From NCBI GenBank assembly GCA_038530365.1, contig JBCBCT010000002.1, forward strand, positions 1 through 55,534: 55,534 bases of DNA. Direction: 5' to 3'. This document shows positions 11,049 to 20,545 of the stretch, piece by piece. This stretch comes from Pseudomonadota bacterium. Its GTDB lineage: Bacteria; Pseudomonadota; Alphaproteobacteria; Rhizobiales; Rhizobiaceae. Position 1 is the first letter of the stretch. Each line of letters opens with the position of its first letter. The translations under genes were made by a program, and so were the position numbers. A model generated the notes under the pieces. The model worked only from the letters and a program-made list of their open reading frames with translations. It had not been told where the DNA came from and made no database searches.

Positions 11049-12611
11049 ATGAACACCAATACGCGTCAGGCTGATCTTGACTTTGCCGCAGACCTTTTCA
11101 AAGCGGCAGACAAAATGCGCGGTGCGTTGGAGCCGTCGGAATACAAGCATGTCGCGCTGGGGTTGATCTTCCTCAAATATATTTCCGAAGCCTTTCAGGC
11201 CAAGCATGATGAGCTGGCAGCCGACGAACTGGCCGATCCGGAAGATCCGGAGGAATATCTGGCCGAAAACGTGTTTTGGGTGCCGGAGAGCGCCCGCTGG
11301 TCGCATATCCAGAAAAACGCCAAGTCAGCGGACATCGGCAAGATCATCGACGGAGCCATGGAGGCCATTGAGGGCGAACCGACCAATGAGACGCTGAAAG
11401 GCGTGCTGCCAAAAAACTACGCCCGCCCCACACTCGACAAGACCATGTTGGGCGAGCTGGTGGATTTGTTCTCCAACATCAAGATGCATGACAGCGCCGA
11501 CCGGGCGCGGGATTTGCTAGGCCGGGTCTATGAGTATTTCATCTCCGGCTTTGCCAGCGCCGAGGGCAAGCGCGGGGGTGAGTTTTTCACGCCGCGGTCG
11601 GTGGTGCGCACGCTGGTTGAGATGCTCGAGCCCTATCAGGGCCGCGTTTATGACCCGTGTTGCGGGTCGGGCGGCATGTTTATTCAGTCTGAAAAATTTA
11701 TCGAGGATCACGGCGGCAATCCGCTCAATCTTTCGGTCTATGGACAGGAGATCAACCACACCACGTGGCGTTTGGCGAAGATGAATTTGGCCGTTCACGG
11801 CATCGACGCGGACATCGCCTGGGACAGCGCAGGCAGCTTCCATAAGGACGCCCATCCGGGGCTGAAGGCGGATTATATTCTCGCCAATCCGCCGTTTAAT
11901 ATTTCGGACTGGGGTGGTGATCGTCTGGCGGAAGATAATCGCTGGCAATATGGCATCCCGCCCAAGGGCAACGCCAACTTCGCGTGGTTGCAGCACATCA
12001 TCCACCACCTCGCGCCGCGGGGCCATGCGGGCGTGGTGTTGGCCAATGGCTCGATGTCGTCGCAGACGAGCGGCGAAGGTGAGATCAGAAAGCGGCTGAT
12101 TGAGGAAGACCGTGTCGATTGCATGGTCGCCCTGCCGGGGCAGCTTTTCTATTCCACGCAAATTCCCGTCTGCCTTTGGATTTTGAGCCGGGATAAATCC
12201 GCTAATGGCCTGCGCGACCGGCGCGGCGAAGTGCTGTTCATCGACGCCCGCAATCTGGGTCATATGGTGGACCGGGTGCGGCGCGAGTTTTCCGATGATG
12301 ACATCGAGAAAATCGCAGGCACCTACCGCCGCTGGCGGGCCAAGCCCGCAACGCTGGAGGAGCAAGGATGGGAGGCCTATGCCGACACGCCCGGGTTTTG
12401 TAAGGCCGACGGGCTGGAGACCATCCGCAAATATGACCACGTGCTAACGCCGGGGCGGTATGTCGGGGCTGCGGATGTTGAGGATGATGGGGTGCCGTTT
12501 GAGGAGAAGTTTGCGCGTTTGCGGGACCAGATGGACAGTCAATTTGAGCAAGCCGAAACGTTGCAAGCCGCGATCAAAGCACAACTTGAGCGCGTGAAGG
12601 CGTCAGGTTGA
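11049..12611 (+). CDS. hsdM: Type I restriction-modification system methyltransferase subunit M (m6A)
   Basis: N-terminal [10 protein letters not shown]...[10 protein letters not shown]; GEFFTP, motif [11 protein letters not shown], motif IV ANPPFN. Start moved to ATG at 11049. Confidence 0.96.
   Translation: MNTNTRQADLDFAADLFKAADKMRGALEPSEYKHVALGLIFLKYISEAFQAKHDELAADELADPEDPEEYLAENVFWVPESARWSHIQKNAKSADIGKIIDGAMEAIEGEPTNETLKGVLPKNYARPTLDKTMLGELVDLFSNIKMHDSADRARDLLGRVYEYFISGFASAEGKRGGEFFTPRSVVRTLVEMLEPYQGRVYDPCCGSGGMFIQSEKFIEDHGGNPLNLSVYGQEINHTTWRLAKMNLAVHGIDADIAWDSAGSFHKDAHPGLKADYILANPPFNISDWGGDRLAEDNRWQYGIPPKGNANFAWLQHIIHHLAPRGHAGVVLANGSMSSQTSGEGEIRKRLIEEDRVDCMVALPGQLFYSTQIPVCLWILSRDKSANGLRDRRGEVLFIDARNLGHMVDRVRREFSDDDIEKIAGTYRRWRAKPATLEEQGWEAYADTPGFCKADGLETIRKYDHVLTPGRYVGAADVEDDGVPFEEKFARLRDQMDSQFEQAETLQAAIKAQLERVKASG
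12444..12512 (+). repeat. Imperfect ~69-bp direct repeat, copy 1 (hsdM 3' region)
   Basis: CTAACGCCGGGGCGGTATGTCGGGGCTGCGGATGTTGAGGATGATGGGGTGCCGTTTGAGGAGAAGTTT aligns without gaps to 13883-13951. Confidence 0.9.
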
Positions 12612-12695
12612 TATGTCAAAGGCGCGCGCAGATGGCTTACATATCCACCCTATTGTGTTAATAAAATCTACTTTTTTTAACACGTTGAATTCGAC

Positions 12696-13790
12696 ATGTT
12701 AAAAGAAACATACGCAATACCGGACCTGCCGCCAAAGGCAGAGTTTGAGACGGTGGCCATACTGAAGGCCTTGGCTGAAGCGCACAGGCATCTCGGCGAA
12801 TTGAAGGGGCGCGCCTCTGCAATTCCCAATCAAGGCATACTGATTGACACACTGTCCTTGCAGGAAGCCAAGGCATCATCAGAGATCGAGAACATTGTCA
12901 CCACGCAAGACGAACTGTTCCAAGCCGACTTGTTCCCCGGTGGCAGCGGTTCACCAGCCGCCAAGGAAGTGGCTCTCTATCGGGACACGTTGCGAAAGGG
13001 CGCAGGCGCACTTGCTGACACAGGGCTGATCACGAACAACACGATCGTGCAGATGTTCCGCATGTTGAAGCGGCGCAGTAACGGTTTTCGTGAAACGCCG
13101 GGAACGGCGCTGAAAAACGACAGCACTGGTGCGTTGGTTTATGTGCCACCGCAGGACAGGCGCGCGATTATCACCCACATGGTGGCGTTGGAAAAGTTTA
13201 TCAATGAAGATGATGCGGTCGATATAGATCCCCTCATCAAGATGGCGATCATCCATCACCAATTCGAAAGCATTCACCCGTTTCCCGATGGCAACGGTCG
13301 CATAGGTCGGATCATCAATGTCCTTTATCTGACCCGCGCGGGACTACTTGATATTCCGATACTCTATTTGAGCCGTCATATCACACGAAACAAAAACGAG
13401 TATTACCGCCTGCTCCAAGCGGTCCGCGATGAGGGCGCGTGGGAGGCGTGGGTGCTCTACATGCTGCAGGGTGTGGCGGAGACGTCGAAAATCACGCTGA
13501 CCCTCGTGGAGGGCATCAGATCGCAGATGGCGGCAACCAAGACGCGCATGCGGGCCACACTGCCAAAACTCTATTCGCAGGACTTGCTCAACAATCTCTA
13601 CCGTCACCCCTACACGCGCATCGATTTTGTGGTCAACGATTTGGGCGTGACTCGCCAGACGGCAGCCAAGCATCTCGATACTCTGGCCGAGAACGGTTTT
13701 GTCACCAAAGTGCAGGCGGGCCGGGTGAATTATTTCATCAATGAGGAACTCGTGGCATTGCTAATGGAGGTGTCAGAGGGGGACGGGTGA
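12696..13790 (+). CDS. Fic-family protein (putative AMPylase) with N-terminal inhibitory motif and C-terminal HTH
   Basis: Canonical HPFPDGNGRIGR; SSEIEN matches the (S/T)xxxE(G/N) class II inhibitory motif; C-terminal DLGVTRQTAAKHLDTL HTH-like segment. Confidence 0.93.
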   Translation: MLKETYAIPDLPPKAEFETVAILKALAEAHRHLGELKGRASAIPNQGILIDTLSLQEAKASSEIENIVTTQDELFQADLFPGGSGSPAAKEVALYRDTLRKGAGALADTGLITNNTIVQMFRMLKRRSNGFRETPGTALKNDSTGALVYVPPQDRRAIITHMVALEKFINEDDAVDIDPLIKMAIIHHQFESIHPFPDGNGRIGRIINVLYLTRAGLLDIPILYLSRHITRNKNEYYRLLQAVRDEGAWEAWVLYMLQGVAETSKITLTLVEGIRSQMAATKTRMRATLPKLYSQDLLNNLYRHPYTRIDFVVNDLGVTRQTAAKHLDTLAENGFVTKVQAGRVNYFINEELVALLMEVSEGDG

Positions 13791-14044
13791 TGGGATGCGC
13801 CATGGAAATGATGCGGGAGCCAACCATGCTTGGCGCGTGCCTGACTGGGCAGTTGGAGAGCATAGCCAAGTTCGGCCATGGCCTGACGCTGGGGCGGTAT
13901 GTTGGTGCGGCGGATCTTGAGGATGATGGGGTATCGTTTGAGGCGAAGTTTTCTGTTCTCAATTTGGCTCTAGAAAAAAAATTTCGGTTGTCAGCAGAAC
14001 TGAACGAAAAGATTAATATGTCATTGGCGCGGGTGCCACGATGA
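13787..14044 (+). CDS. Small ORF encoding a second, diverged copy of the HsdM C-terminal tail (mini-protein or relic)
   Basis: [33 protein letters not shown]...LARV aligns with Hsd[34 protein letters not shown]...LERV. Start overlaps the fic stop; stop overlaps the hsdS ATG. Confidence 0.7.
   Translation: MMGCAMEMMREPTMLGACLTGQLESIAKFGHGLTLGRYVGAADLEDDGVSFEAKFSVLNLALEKKFRLSAELNEKINMSLARVPR
13883..13951 (+). repeat. Imperfect ~69-bp direct repeat, copy 2
   Basis: CTGACGCTGGGGCGGTATGTTGGTGCGGCGGATCTTGAGGATGATGGGGTATCGTTTGAGGCGAAGTTT. Confidence 0.9.
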
Positions 14045-15354
14045 ACTTCGAAAAAATTTGCTTGGGAGATGTTTGTACCTTCCAAGAAGGATATGTGAAC
14101 CCGTCTCAAAAAATCTCCGAGTACTTTGATGGTCCGATCAAGTGGTTACGGGCGAACGATTTGAACAACGCCTTTGTCTATGAAACCTCCAGAACCTTGT
14201 CCAAACGAGGATTTGAAAGCGCAGGGAAAAGTGCTGTTCTCTTTGAACCCGAAACTCTTGCGATTAGCAAATCAGGAACAATAGGCCGTCTTGGTATTCT
14301 CAAAGATCACATGTGTGGAAACAGAGCAGTGATCAACATTAAGCCTGACCCAAATCTCGCCGACCCGTTATTTGTATTTTACGCCCTTCTTCATGATCAG
14401 CATCAGATTTCTACGCTTGCAGATGGAAGTGTTCAAAAGAATCTTTATGTGTCGGCTCTCAGCGGTTTTGAGTACTTTACCCCGTCGCTGAGCGACCAAG
14501 TCAGGGTATCTAGAACCCTCGCTTCCCTCGACGACAAAATCGAGCTGAACCGGCGGATGAATGAGACTTTGGAGGAGATATCGCGGGCGTTGTTTCGGGA
14601 TTGGTTCGTCGATTTCGGTCCCACCCGCCGCCAGATGGAAGGTGCAACCGACCCCACCGCCATCATGGGCCAAGCCTTCCCCCCGCAAAAAGCCGCCACC
14701 CTCGCCCCACTGTTCCCCGCGAAGTTAGGAGAGGATGGGTTGCCAGAGGGGTGGTATAAGCAGCCGGTTGGCGAGCTTGCGGAAATCGTAGGCGGCGGTA
14801 CGCCCAACACCAAGACTGATGAGTTTTGGGAAGGCGGCACGCACCTATGGGCGACGCCTCGCGACCTGTCCAAGCTGTCCGGTGTGTTCATCGGCGATAC
14901 AGAGCGGAAACTCACGGATGCAGGATTGGCGAAGGTCAGTAGCGGCCTTTCGCCAAAAGGCAGCGTGTTAATGTCATCACGTGCACCTATCGGCTATCTC
15001 GCTATCGCTTCTCAGCCCGTCGCCGTAAACCAAGGCTTTATAGTCATACGTCCGACGGATCAGCTCCCCACACAATTCGCCAAGCTATGGTGCGAAGCCA
15101 ACATGGAAACGATCGAAGCAAACGCTAACGGTTCGACATTCCAAGAAATCAGCAAGAAGAACTTCAAGCCTATCTTGGCAACCGTTCCTTCAGCGGATGT
15201 GATGACCGCGTTCTCGAATTTCGCGGGCCTGCTGTTCGAAAAGGTGCAAGCGAACGAACAAGAAAACCAAACCCTCGCCGCCCTTCGCGACCTCCTCCTG
15301 CCCAAACTCATGTCCGGCGAAATCCGCCTGAAGGATGCGGAGAATGCTTCGTGA
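14041..15354 (+). CDS. hsdS: Type I RM specificity subunit S (two TRDs)
   Basis: Central conserved region LDDKIELNRRMNETLEEISRALFRDWFVDF...LPEGW; TRD2 GGGTP...SSRAPIGY; distal LAALRDLLLPKLMSGEI. Confidence 0.95.
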   Translation: MNFEKICLGDVCTFQEGYVNPSQKISEYFDGPIKWLRANDLNNAFVYETSRTLSKRGFESAGKSAVLFEPETLAISKSGTIGRLGILKDHMCGNRAVINIKPDPNLADPLFVFYALLHDQHQISTLADGSVQKNLYVSALSGFEYFTPSLSDQVRVSRTLASLDDKIELNRRMNETLEEISRALFRDWFVDFGPTRRQMEGATDPTAIMGQAFPPQKAATLAPLFPAKLGEDGLPEGWYKQPVGELAEIVGGGTPNTKTDEFWEGGTHLWATPRDLSKLSGVFIGDTERKLTDAGLAKVSSGLSPKGSVLMSSRAPIGYLAIASQPVAVNQGFIVIRPTDQLPTQFAKLWCEANMETIEANANGSTFQEISKKNFKPILATVPSADVMTAFSNFAGLLFEKVQANEQENQTLAALRDLLLPKLMSGEIRLKDAENAS

Positions 15355-15590
15355 GGGATCTTTGCCCGAACATCTATGATTTCGCCGCCCATTGGCGTGA
15401 CGCTCCGAATGTCGGGCAAGCCTTGCAGGCGCTGGAGTTGGTGGACAAAGAGGACAATGACGGAGTGATTTGCGCTGCCAAGGCGATGGTCGAGTGTGCT
15501 TGCAAAACCATCGTCGAGGAGCTGGACGATTCCTCAAACTCGATTAAAGGGTGGCCTAACTCGCTGATTGAGGCGGAGATTGAAGCATGA
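15351..15590 (+). pseudogene. Truncated abortive-infection-family (Abi_C-like) gene fragment
   Basis: 79-aa ORF overlapping both neighbours by 4 nt; AAKAMVECACKTIVEE resembles the AKxxxExxCKTI helix of Abi_C-containing proteins; the C-terminal catalytic part is absent. Confidence 0.45.
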
Positions 15591-16555
15591 ATAACCTCGG
15601 CCGCCTTGAACGTGTTGATCTCCGCGCTGAATGGACCAAAGAAGACCGTGATTTCACGCCTTGGCTGGCGCGGGAGGAGAACATTGCTCTGCTGGGCGAG
15701 ACGCTCAATATGTCGCTGGAAGTGGAGCAGGAAGAGCGTCGCGTCGGGCGGTTCAGTGCGGATATTCTTTGCAAGGACACCGGCTCGACGGATGCCGGCT
15801 GGGTGGTGATCGAGAACCAGCTGGAAACGACCGACCATTCCCATCTCGGCCAAATCCTCACCTATGCGGCGGGTCTGGAAGCCAAGACCTGCATTTGGGT
15901 TGCCGCCAAGTTTCATGAGGAACACCGCGCCGCCGTCGACTGGCTCAACGAAATTTCCGGCGAGGAATTTCAGTTTTTCGGGTTGGAAATCGAACTCTGG
16001 CGTATCGGTGACAGCCCGGCTGCGCCGAAGTTTAACATCATCGCTAAGCCCAATGACTGGAAGCGCGAGGTGGGCCGCACCGCTCGCTCCATGGAGCCTG
16101 CCAATCTGACCGAAACCAAACGGCTGCAGCTCGAATTTTGGGAAGCGCTGAAAGTGCGGCTCGCTGGACATCCAACGCTGCGCTCGCAAAAGCCCTTGCC
16201 TCAGCATTGGACGACATTCTCCATCGGGCGGTCGGGCATGCATCTGGGGGCGATCATCAACACCCGTGATGACCGGATCGGCGTTGAGCTGTATCTCGGC
16301 GATGACAACGCCAATGCGTTCTTTGCGCAGTTGGAGCAGGACAAACGGGCCATAGAAGCCGAGCTCGATTTTGCGCTGGAATGGATGCCGCTGCCCGAAC
16401 GGCGGGCCTGCCGGATCATCGCCTATCACCCGCTGCGAAACCTTGCCGACACACAAAGCTGGGACGGTCTGCAAGACTGGATGGTTTCGGCGCTGGAACA
16501 GATGCAAAAAGCGTTTGCCCGCCGCGTCAAAGCTCTCACAGTCGAGGCGCTGTGA
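15587..16555 (+). CDS. DUF4268-domain protein with N-terminal PD-(D/E)xK-like (NucS/RecB-like) nuclease domain
   Basis: [41 protein letters not shown] (QxxxY); C-terminal LQLEFW...PQHW...[18 protein letters not shown]. Confidence 0.8.
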   Translation: MNNLGRLERVDLRAEWTKEDRDFTPWLAREENIALLGETLNMSLEVEQEERRVGRFSADILCKDTGSTDAGWVVIENQLETTDHSHLGQILTYAAGLEAKTCIWVAAKFHEEHRAAVDWLNEISGEEFQFFGLEIELWRIGDSPAAPKFNIIAKPNDWKREVGRTARSMEPANLTETKRLQLEFWEALKVRLAGHPTLRSQKPLPQHWTTFSIGRSGMHLGAIINTRDDRIGVELYLGDDNANAFFAQLEQDKRAIEAELDFALEWMPLPERRACRIIAYHPLRNLADTQSWDGLQDWMVSALEQMQKAFARRVKALTVEAL

Positions 16556-19500
16556 CCGTGAGCCAGGACATCATCTATACTCAGCAGGAAAACACCTATT
16601 CCGGTTTTTCCGAAGCGGTTGTTGAAGACGCCGCGACCGCCATCCTGCAAGAATTGGGCTGGCGCTACGAAGATCCGCTGGACATCGGCCCCGACGGTCC
16701 CCGACGTCTGCGCAAGGCCTATGGCGAAGTCGTTTTGTTTGATCTGCTCGGAGACGCGGCCCGTCGCTTCAACCCCGATGTGCCGGAAGAAGCGCTTCAA
16801 TCAGCACTCAAACAGGTGCAACTGACGGAAACGCCCTCTCTTGTTGAAGAAAACCGGCGCATCCACCGTTTGCTTGTGGACGGTATCGACGTTGAATACC
16901 GCCGCCCGGATGGCACCATCAAAGGCGACAAGGTGCATCTGATCGACTTCGAGACGGTTACAAACAACGATCTGATGGTGACACGGCAGTTTACGGTCGT
17001 TGAAGGCGGGCACAATCGGCGACCCGATATGGTGGCCTTCGTGAACGGCCTACCGCTGGTGGTGATCGAACTGAAAAACGCCGCGAGCGCAAACGCGACG
17101 ATTGAAGATGCCTTCAATCAGCTGCAGACCTACAAGCAGCAAATTCCGTCTCTGTTTCGAACCAACGCAGCGCTGATCACGTCTGACGGACTGCTGGCCC
17201 GCATCGGCTCGCTAACCGCTGGCGAAGACCGTTTCATGCCGTGGCGCACGGTGACCGGAGCTCAGGACGATTTCACGCCCGAAGGCCCCAAGGAGATGGA
17301 AACGCTCCTGCGCGGCGTGCTTCAGCCGGAGCGCCTGTTGCAGCTGCTTCGGGACTTCACCGTGTTTGGCGACAAGGGCGATGGCATCTTCAAGATCATC
17401 GGCGGGTATCATCAGTTCCACGGCGCACGCAAAGCGTTGGCCAGTGCCATCGATGCTGTGAGCCAAGACGGTGACCGCAAGGTTGGGGTGATCTGGCACA
17501 CGCAAGGCTCAGGCAAGAGCTTTCTCATGGCTTTCTTTGCCGGGCTTCTGGTGCGCGCCCCTGAGTTGGAAAACCCAACCATTCTTGTCGTCACGGACCG
17601 GAATGACTTGGACGATCAGCTCTACGGGACTTTTTCGCTGTGCCGCGACTTGATCCGTCAAACGCCGGAGCAGATCGAAGATCGCGAAGACCTGAGACAG
17701 AAGCTGGACCGTCAGTCTGGTGGCGTGATCTTCTCCACCTTGCAGAAGTTTTCGCCCAAAGAGGGGGAGGAAAACTTCCCCATGCTCTCGGATCGCCGCA
17801 ACATCATTGTGATCGCAGACGAGGCACACCGCAGCCAATATGGCTTTGATGCGAAGTTGGACGGCACAACGGGTGCGCGTCGTTACGGCTATGCGCACTA
17901 TCTGCGCCAAGCCCTGCCCAACGCATCCTTTGCAGGATTTACCGGTACACCCATTGAGGCAGCGGACGTCAACACGCCCGCGGTCTTCGGCGAGTATGTC
18001 GACATTTACGACATTAGCCGAGCCGTCCAGGACAAAGCCACCGTCCCGATCTATTACGAAAGCCGCCTGGCGCGGGTGGAGTTGGAGCAGGAAAAGCTTC
18101 CGGAAATCGATGCCGCTGTGGACGCGCTCTTCGATGACGAAACGCTGTCAGAGCAGGAAAAGGCGAAGGCCAGCTGGACCAGTGTTGAGCGTCTTGTGGG
18201 CGCACCGCCGAGATTGGAGAAGGTCGCACAGGATATCGTAAGCCATTTTGCAAATCGGCTTGAGGGTATGGCTGGTGAGGGCAAGGGCATGATTGTCTGC
18301 ATGAGCCGCGCAATTTGCGTCGATCTCTACAACCGAATTGTGGCGCTGCGACCAGAGTGGCATTCTGAAGATGATAGGCAGGGCGTGGTCAAAATCGTTA
18401 TGACCGGGTCGGCGTCAGATCCTCTGGAGTGGCAGCAGCATATCGGCAGCAAGATGCGGCGTGATTTGCTGGCAAAAAGGGCAAGAGACCCGGAAGACCC
18501 GCTCAAACTGGTGATCGTACGGGACATGTGGCTGACCGGGTTCGACGCACCCAGCATGCACACCATGTATATCGATAAGCCTATGCGCGGCCACGGCCTG
18601 ATGCAGGCCATCGCACGGGTGAACCGGGTATTCAAAGACAAGCCGGGCGGTTTGATCGTTGACTACATTGGCATTGGTCAAAACCTGAAAAAGGCGCTCC
18701 AGAACTACACCGCCAGTGACCGCGGTCAGACCGGGATTGATGAAGAGGAAGCCGTTGCGGCACTTCAGGAACTGGTTGAGAGGTGCCGCGATTTCTTTTC
18801 GGGTTACGATTATCGGCCTGGTGTTGAAGGTTCAGCGCAGGAACGATTGCAGGCGCTTGTCGGTGCCATCGAATGGGCGCTTGAGAAGCAAAAGGCCGCC
18901 GCAGATCAGGCCGTTGACGAGACGTCAAAGAAGTCCGCGTTGAGTTACTACGCTGATTTAATTGCAAACCTTTCGAAAGCGTTTGCCTTGGCTGCCGCCA
19001 GTCAGACCGCCCAATCGGTGAAGGAAGAGGTGGGCTTCTTTCAAGCCGTGCAGGCAGCACTGTCCAAAACATCGCCAAAAGACGGCATCAGTCGGCGAGA
19101 AAAAGAGTTTGCAGTCGGTCAACTCATCTCCGATGCGATTGCTGATGCGAATATCATAGATGTGCTTGCTGCCGCGGGAATGAAGACGCCCGAAATCTCG
19201 GTGCTTTCAGAAGAGTTTTTGTCCGAGATACAGAATATGAAGCATAAGAACTTGGCTCTGGAAGCGCTCAAAAAGCTTCTGGCCGGCGAGATAACAGCAC
19301 GCAGCAAACGAAACGTGGTTGAGGCAAAAGCATTTTCTGAGCGTTTGCAGGAGGCGGTCGCTCGTTACCATGCCAACGCGATCACGAGTTTAGAGATGAT
19401 CCAAGAGCTGATCGATATGGCAAGGGATCTGAAGCGTTCAGTCGAGCGTGGTGATGACCTTGGCTTGAGCCAAGAAGAATTGGCCTTTTACGATGCTCTG

Positions 19501-19746
19501 GCGCAAAATCAAAGTGCGGTGGAGATGATGGGTAATGAAGAGCTGCGCAAAATCGCACATGTTCTCGTGGAGCAGCTACAACAGAATGTTACCGTGGATT
19601 GGCACCTAAAGGAAAGTGCTCGAGCCAAGCTCCGTATTCTGATCCGACGTATTTTGAAAAAGTACGGCTATCCGCCCGATCTCGCTCCAGTGGCCATCAA
19701 TACGGTGTTGAGCCAAGCTGAGACTGTATTGAGATGGTCGAACTAG
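16552..19746 (+). CDS. hsdR: Type I restriction endonuclease subunit R
   Basis: [19 protein letters not shown] nuclease motif, [37 protein letters not shown]-terminal [12 protein letters not shown] at 16552 overlaps the upstream TGA (alternative start 16558). Confidence 0.96.
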   Translation: MTVSQDIIYTQQENTYSGFSEAVVEDAATAILQELGWRYEDPLDIGPDGPRRLRKAYGEVVLFDLLGDAARRFNPDVPEEALQSALKQVQLTETPSLVEENRRIHRLLVDGIDVEYRRPDGTIKGDKVHLIDFETVTNNDLMVTRQFTVVEGGHNRRPDMVAFVNGLPLVVIELKNAASANATIEDAFNQLQTYKQQIPSLFRTNAALITSDGLLARIGSLTAGEDRFMPWRTVTGAQDDFTPEGPKEMETLLRGVLQPERLLQLLRDFTVFGDKGDGIFKIIGGYHQFHGARKALASAIDAVSQDGDRKVGVIWHTQGSGKSFLMAFFAGLLVRAPELENPTILVVTDRNDLDDQLYGTFSLCRDLIRQTPEQIEDREDLRQKLDRQSGGVIFSTLQKFSPKEGEENFPMLSDRRNIIVIADEAHRSQYGFDAKLDGTTGARRYGYAHYLRQALPNASFAGFTGTPIEAADVNTPAVFGEYVDIYDISRAVQDKATVPIYYESRLARVELEQEKLPEIDAAVDALFDDETLSEQEKAKASWTSVERLVGAPPRLEKVAQDIVSHFANRLEGMAGEGKGMIVCMSRAICVDLYNRIVALRPEWHSEDDRQGVVKIVMTGSASDPLEWQQHIGSKMRRDLLAKRARDPEDPLKLVIVRDMWLTGFDAPSMHTMYIDKPMRGHGLMQAIARVNRVFKDKPGGLIVDYIGIGQNLKKALQNYTASDRGQTGIDEEEAVAALQELVERCRDFFSGYDYRPGVEGSAQERLQALVGAIEWALEKQKAAADQAVDETSKKSALSYYADLIANLSKAFALAAASQTAQSVKEEVGFFQAVQAALSKTSPKDGISRREKEFAVGQLISDAIADANIIDVLAAAGMKTPEISVLSEEFLSEIQNMKHKNLALEALKKLLAGEITARSKRNVVEAKAFSERLQEAVARYHANAITSLEMIQELIDMARDLKRSVERGDDLGLSQEELAFYDALAQNQSAVEMMGNEELRKIAHVLVEQLQQNVTVDWHLKESARAKLRILIRRILKKYGYPPDLAPVAINTVLSQAETVLRWSN

Positions 19747-19827
19747 GGTCTGCTTCACTTGCCAGCTTTGCTCGGTGGTCAGGCGTTCTGATTTTCGTGA
19801 ACTCTGGAAGCTGCCCGGCCCAGCATT

Positions 19828-20113
19828 CTAAATCAGCCCGCAAAACGTACCAAAACTGTCGGGAAAATTTGGAGGGAAAACCCGTACCTCGTTCTTCGCA
19901 GTGTTTTTCGCTGCCAGCGCTTCTGCTTGCGGCACCAACAGTTCCAACTCTCTTTCGGGGAAGGCGCGTGCGGCGGATGTCAGGCGGTCTAGGATCATCT
20001 GTCGTGTAATTGCCGTATCTTCGTTCGCCGAGGCCGACCCTTCGGGCGGCTTCCGCGTTGGAAATGCCCAAGTCTTTGGCGCGTTGTTTCAGTCTGTGAG
20101 TAAATATCTTCAT
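19828..20113 (-). pseudogene. XRE-family HTH regulator pseudogene (frameshift, probable internal deletion)
   Basis: MKIFTHRLKQRAKDLGISNAEAARRVGLGERRYGNY breaks off mid-HTH; a plausible C-terminus (LDRLTSAARAFPERELELLVPQAEALAA) continues in another frame to TAG at 19828. Confidence 0.65.
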
Positions 20114-20445
20114 CTGCACAAAACGTGTGTTGTATCATGGTTGTGATATGGGAATGGATAATGAGGGCGCCACAGGTGGGCGGGATCGTCTAGCACATCT
20201 TAGCCCTCATCATGCTGATGTGGCCGCGTCGTCAGTCACGCGATGCTGACAAGACATACTCCGAGGCGGAAGATCAAGCCGGCCGTCGCTAAGCGCGGTC
20301 CGCGCAGCAGCCACAAGGCGGCTAAGGCTTCAAGCCGTTTTCCCCTTTACATGGTACAGTCATTTGGTGCTGTCAGGTTATGAGAACCAAAGACGGGTCC
20401 GCGTAAGTGCTTGAAACCGCTGCGGTGGTAGAAAAAAGACAATTG

Positions 20446-20466
20446 TCCCTGTCCCTTCGCCATTTT
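20446..20466 (+). repeat. Degenerate copy of the tRNA-Ser 3' end (att-like site)
   Basis: 19/21 match to 10276-10296. Confidence 0.8.
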
Positions 20467-20545
20467 TGATCTCACGGCATTCGCTTCGGTGCTCTGGCCA
20501 GTCATGTCTGGGCGAGCGATCTTGGCCGAGCCTCCGGGGCGGGGG

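Larger units (their letters stand above)
10276..20466. mobile_element. Degenerate genomic (defence) island at the 3' end of tRNA-Ser; no intact integrase
   Basis: Direct repeat TCCCTGTCTCTCCGCCATTTT (10276-10296) vs TCCCTGTCCCTTCGCCATTTT (20446-20466), 19/21 identical; RM cargo and pseudogenes between them. Confidence 0.8.

Noticed and set aside
14041-15354. Invertible (shufflon-type) or SSR phase-variable hsdS
   Set aside because: Single hsdS, no silent copies, no recombinase, and no inverted repeats or simple-sequence tract noticed.
15374-16507. 377-aa minus-strand ORF (and similar long antisense ORFs at 11517-12440, 24012-24881, 48482-49597)
   Set aside because: Shadow frames of well-supported genes in GC-rich DNA, with no recognisable motifs.
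16381-16551. N-terminal extensions in the ORF track for hsdR (also obgE, rlmH, rpmA, rplU, ccoN, hlyD and the second LacI)
   Set aside because: They overlap neighbouring genes or precede the family-typical N-terminus; downstream starts fit better.
20120-20440. Possible small gene or ncRNA near the right island end
   Set aside because: No convincing ORF or structure could be supported by eye.
10293-20445. Prophage, ICE or IS element
   Set aside because: No structural, conjugation, transposase or intact integrase genes are recognisable.
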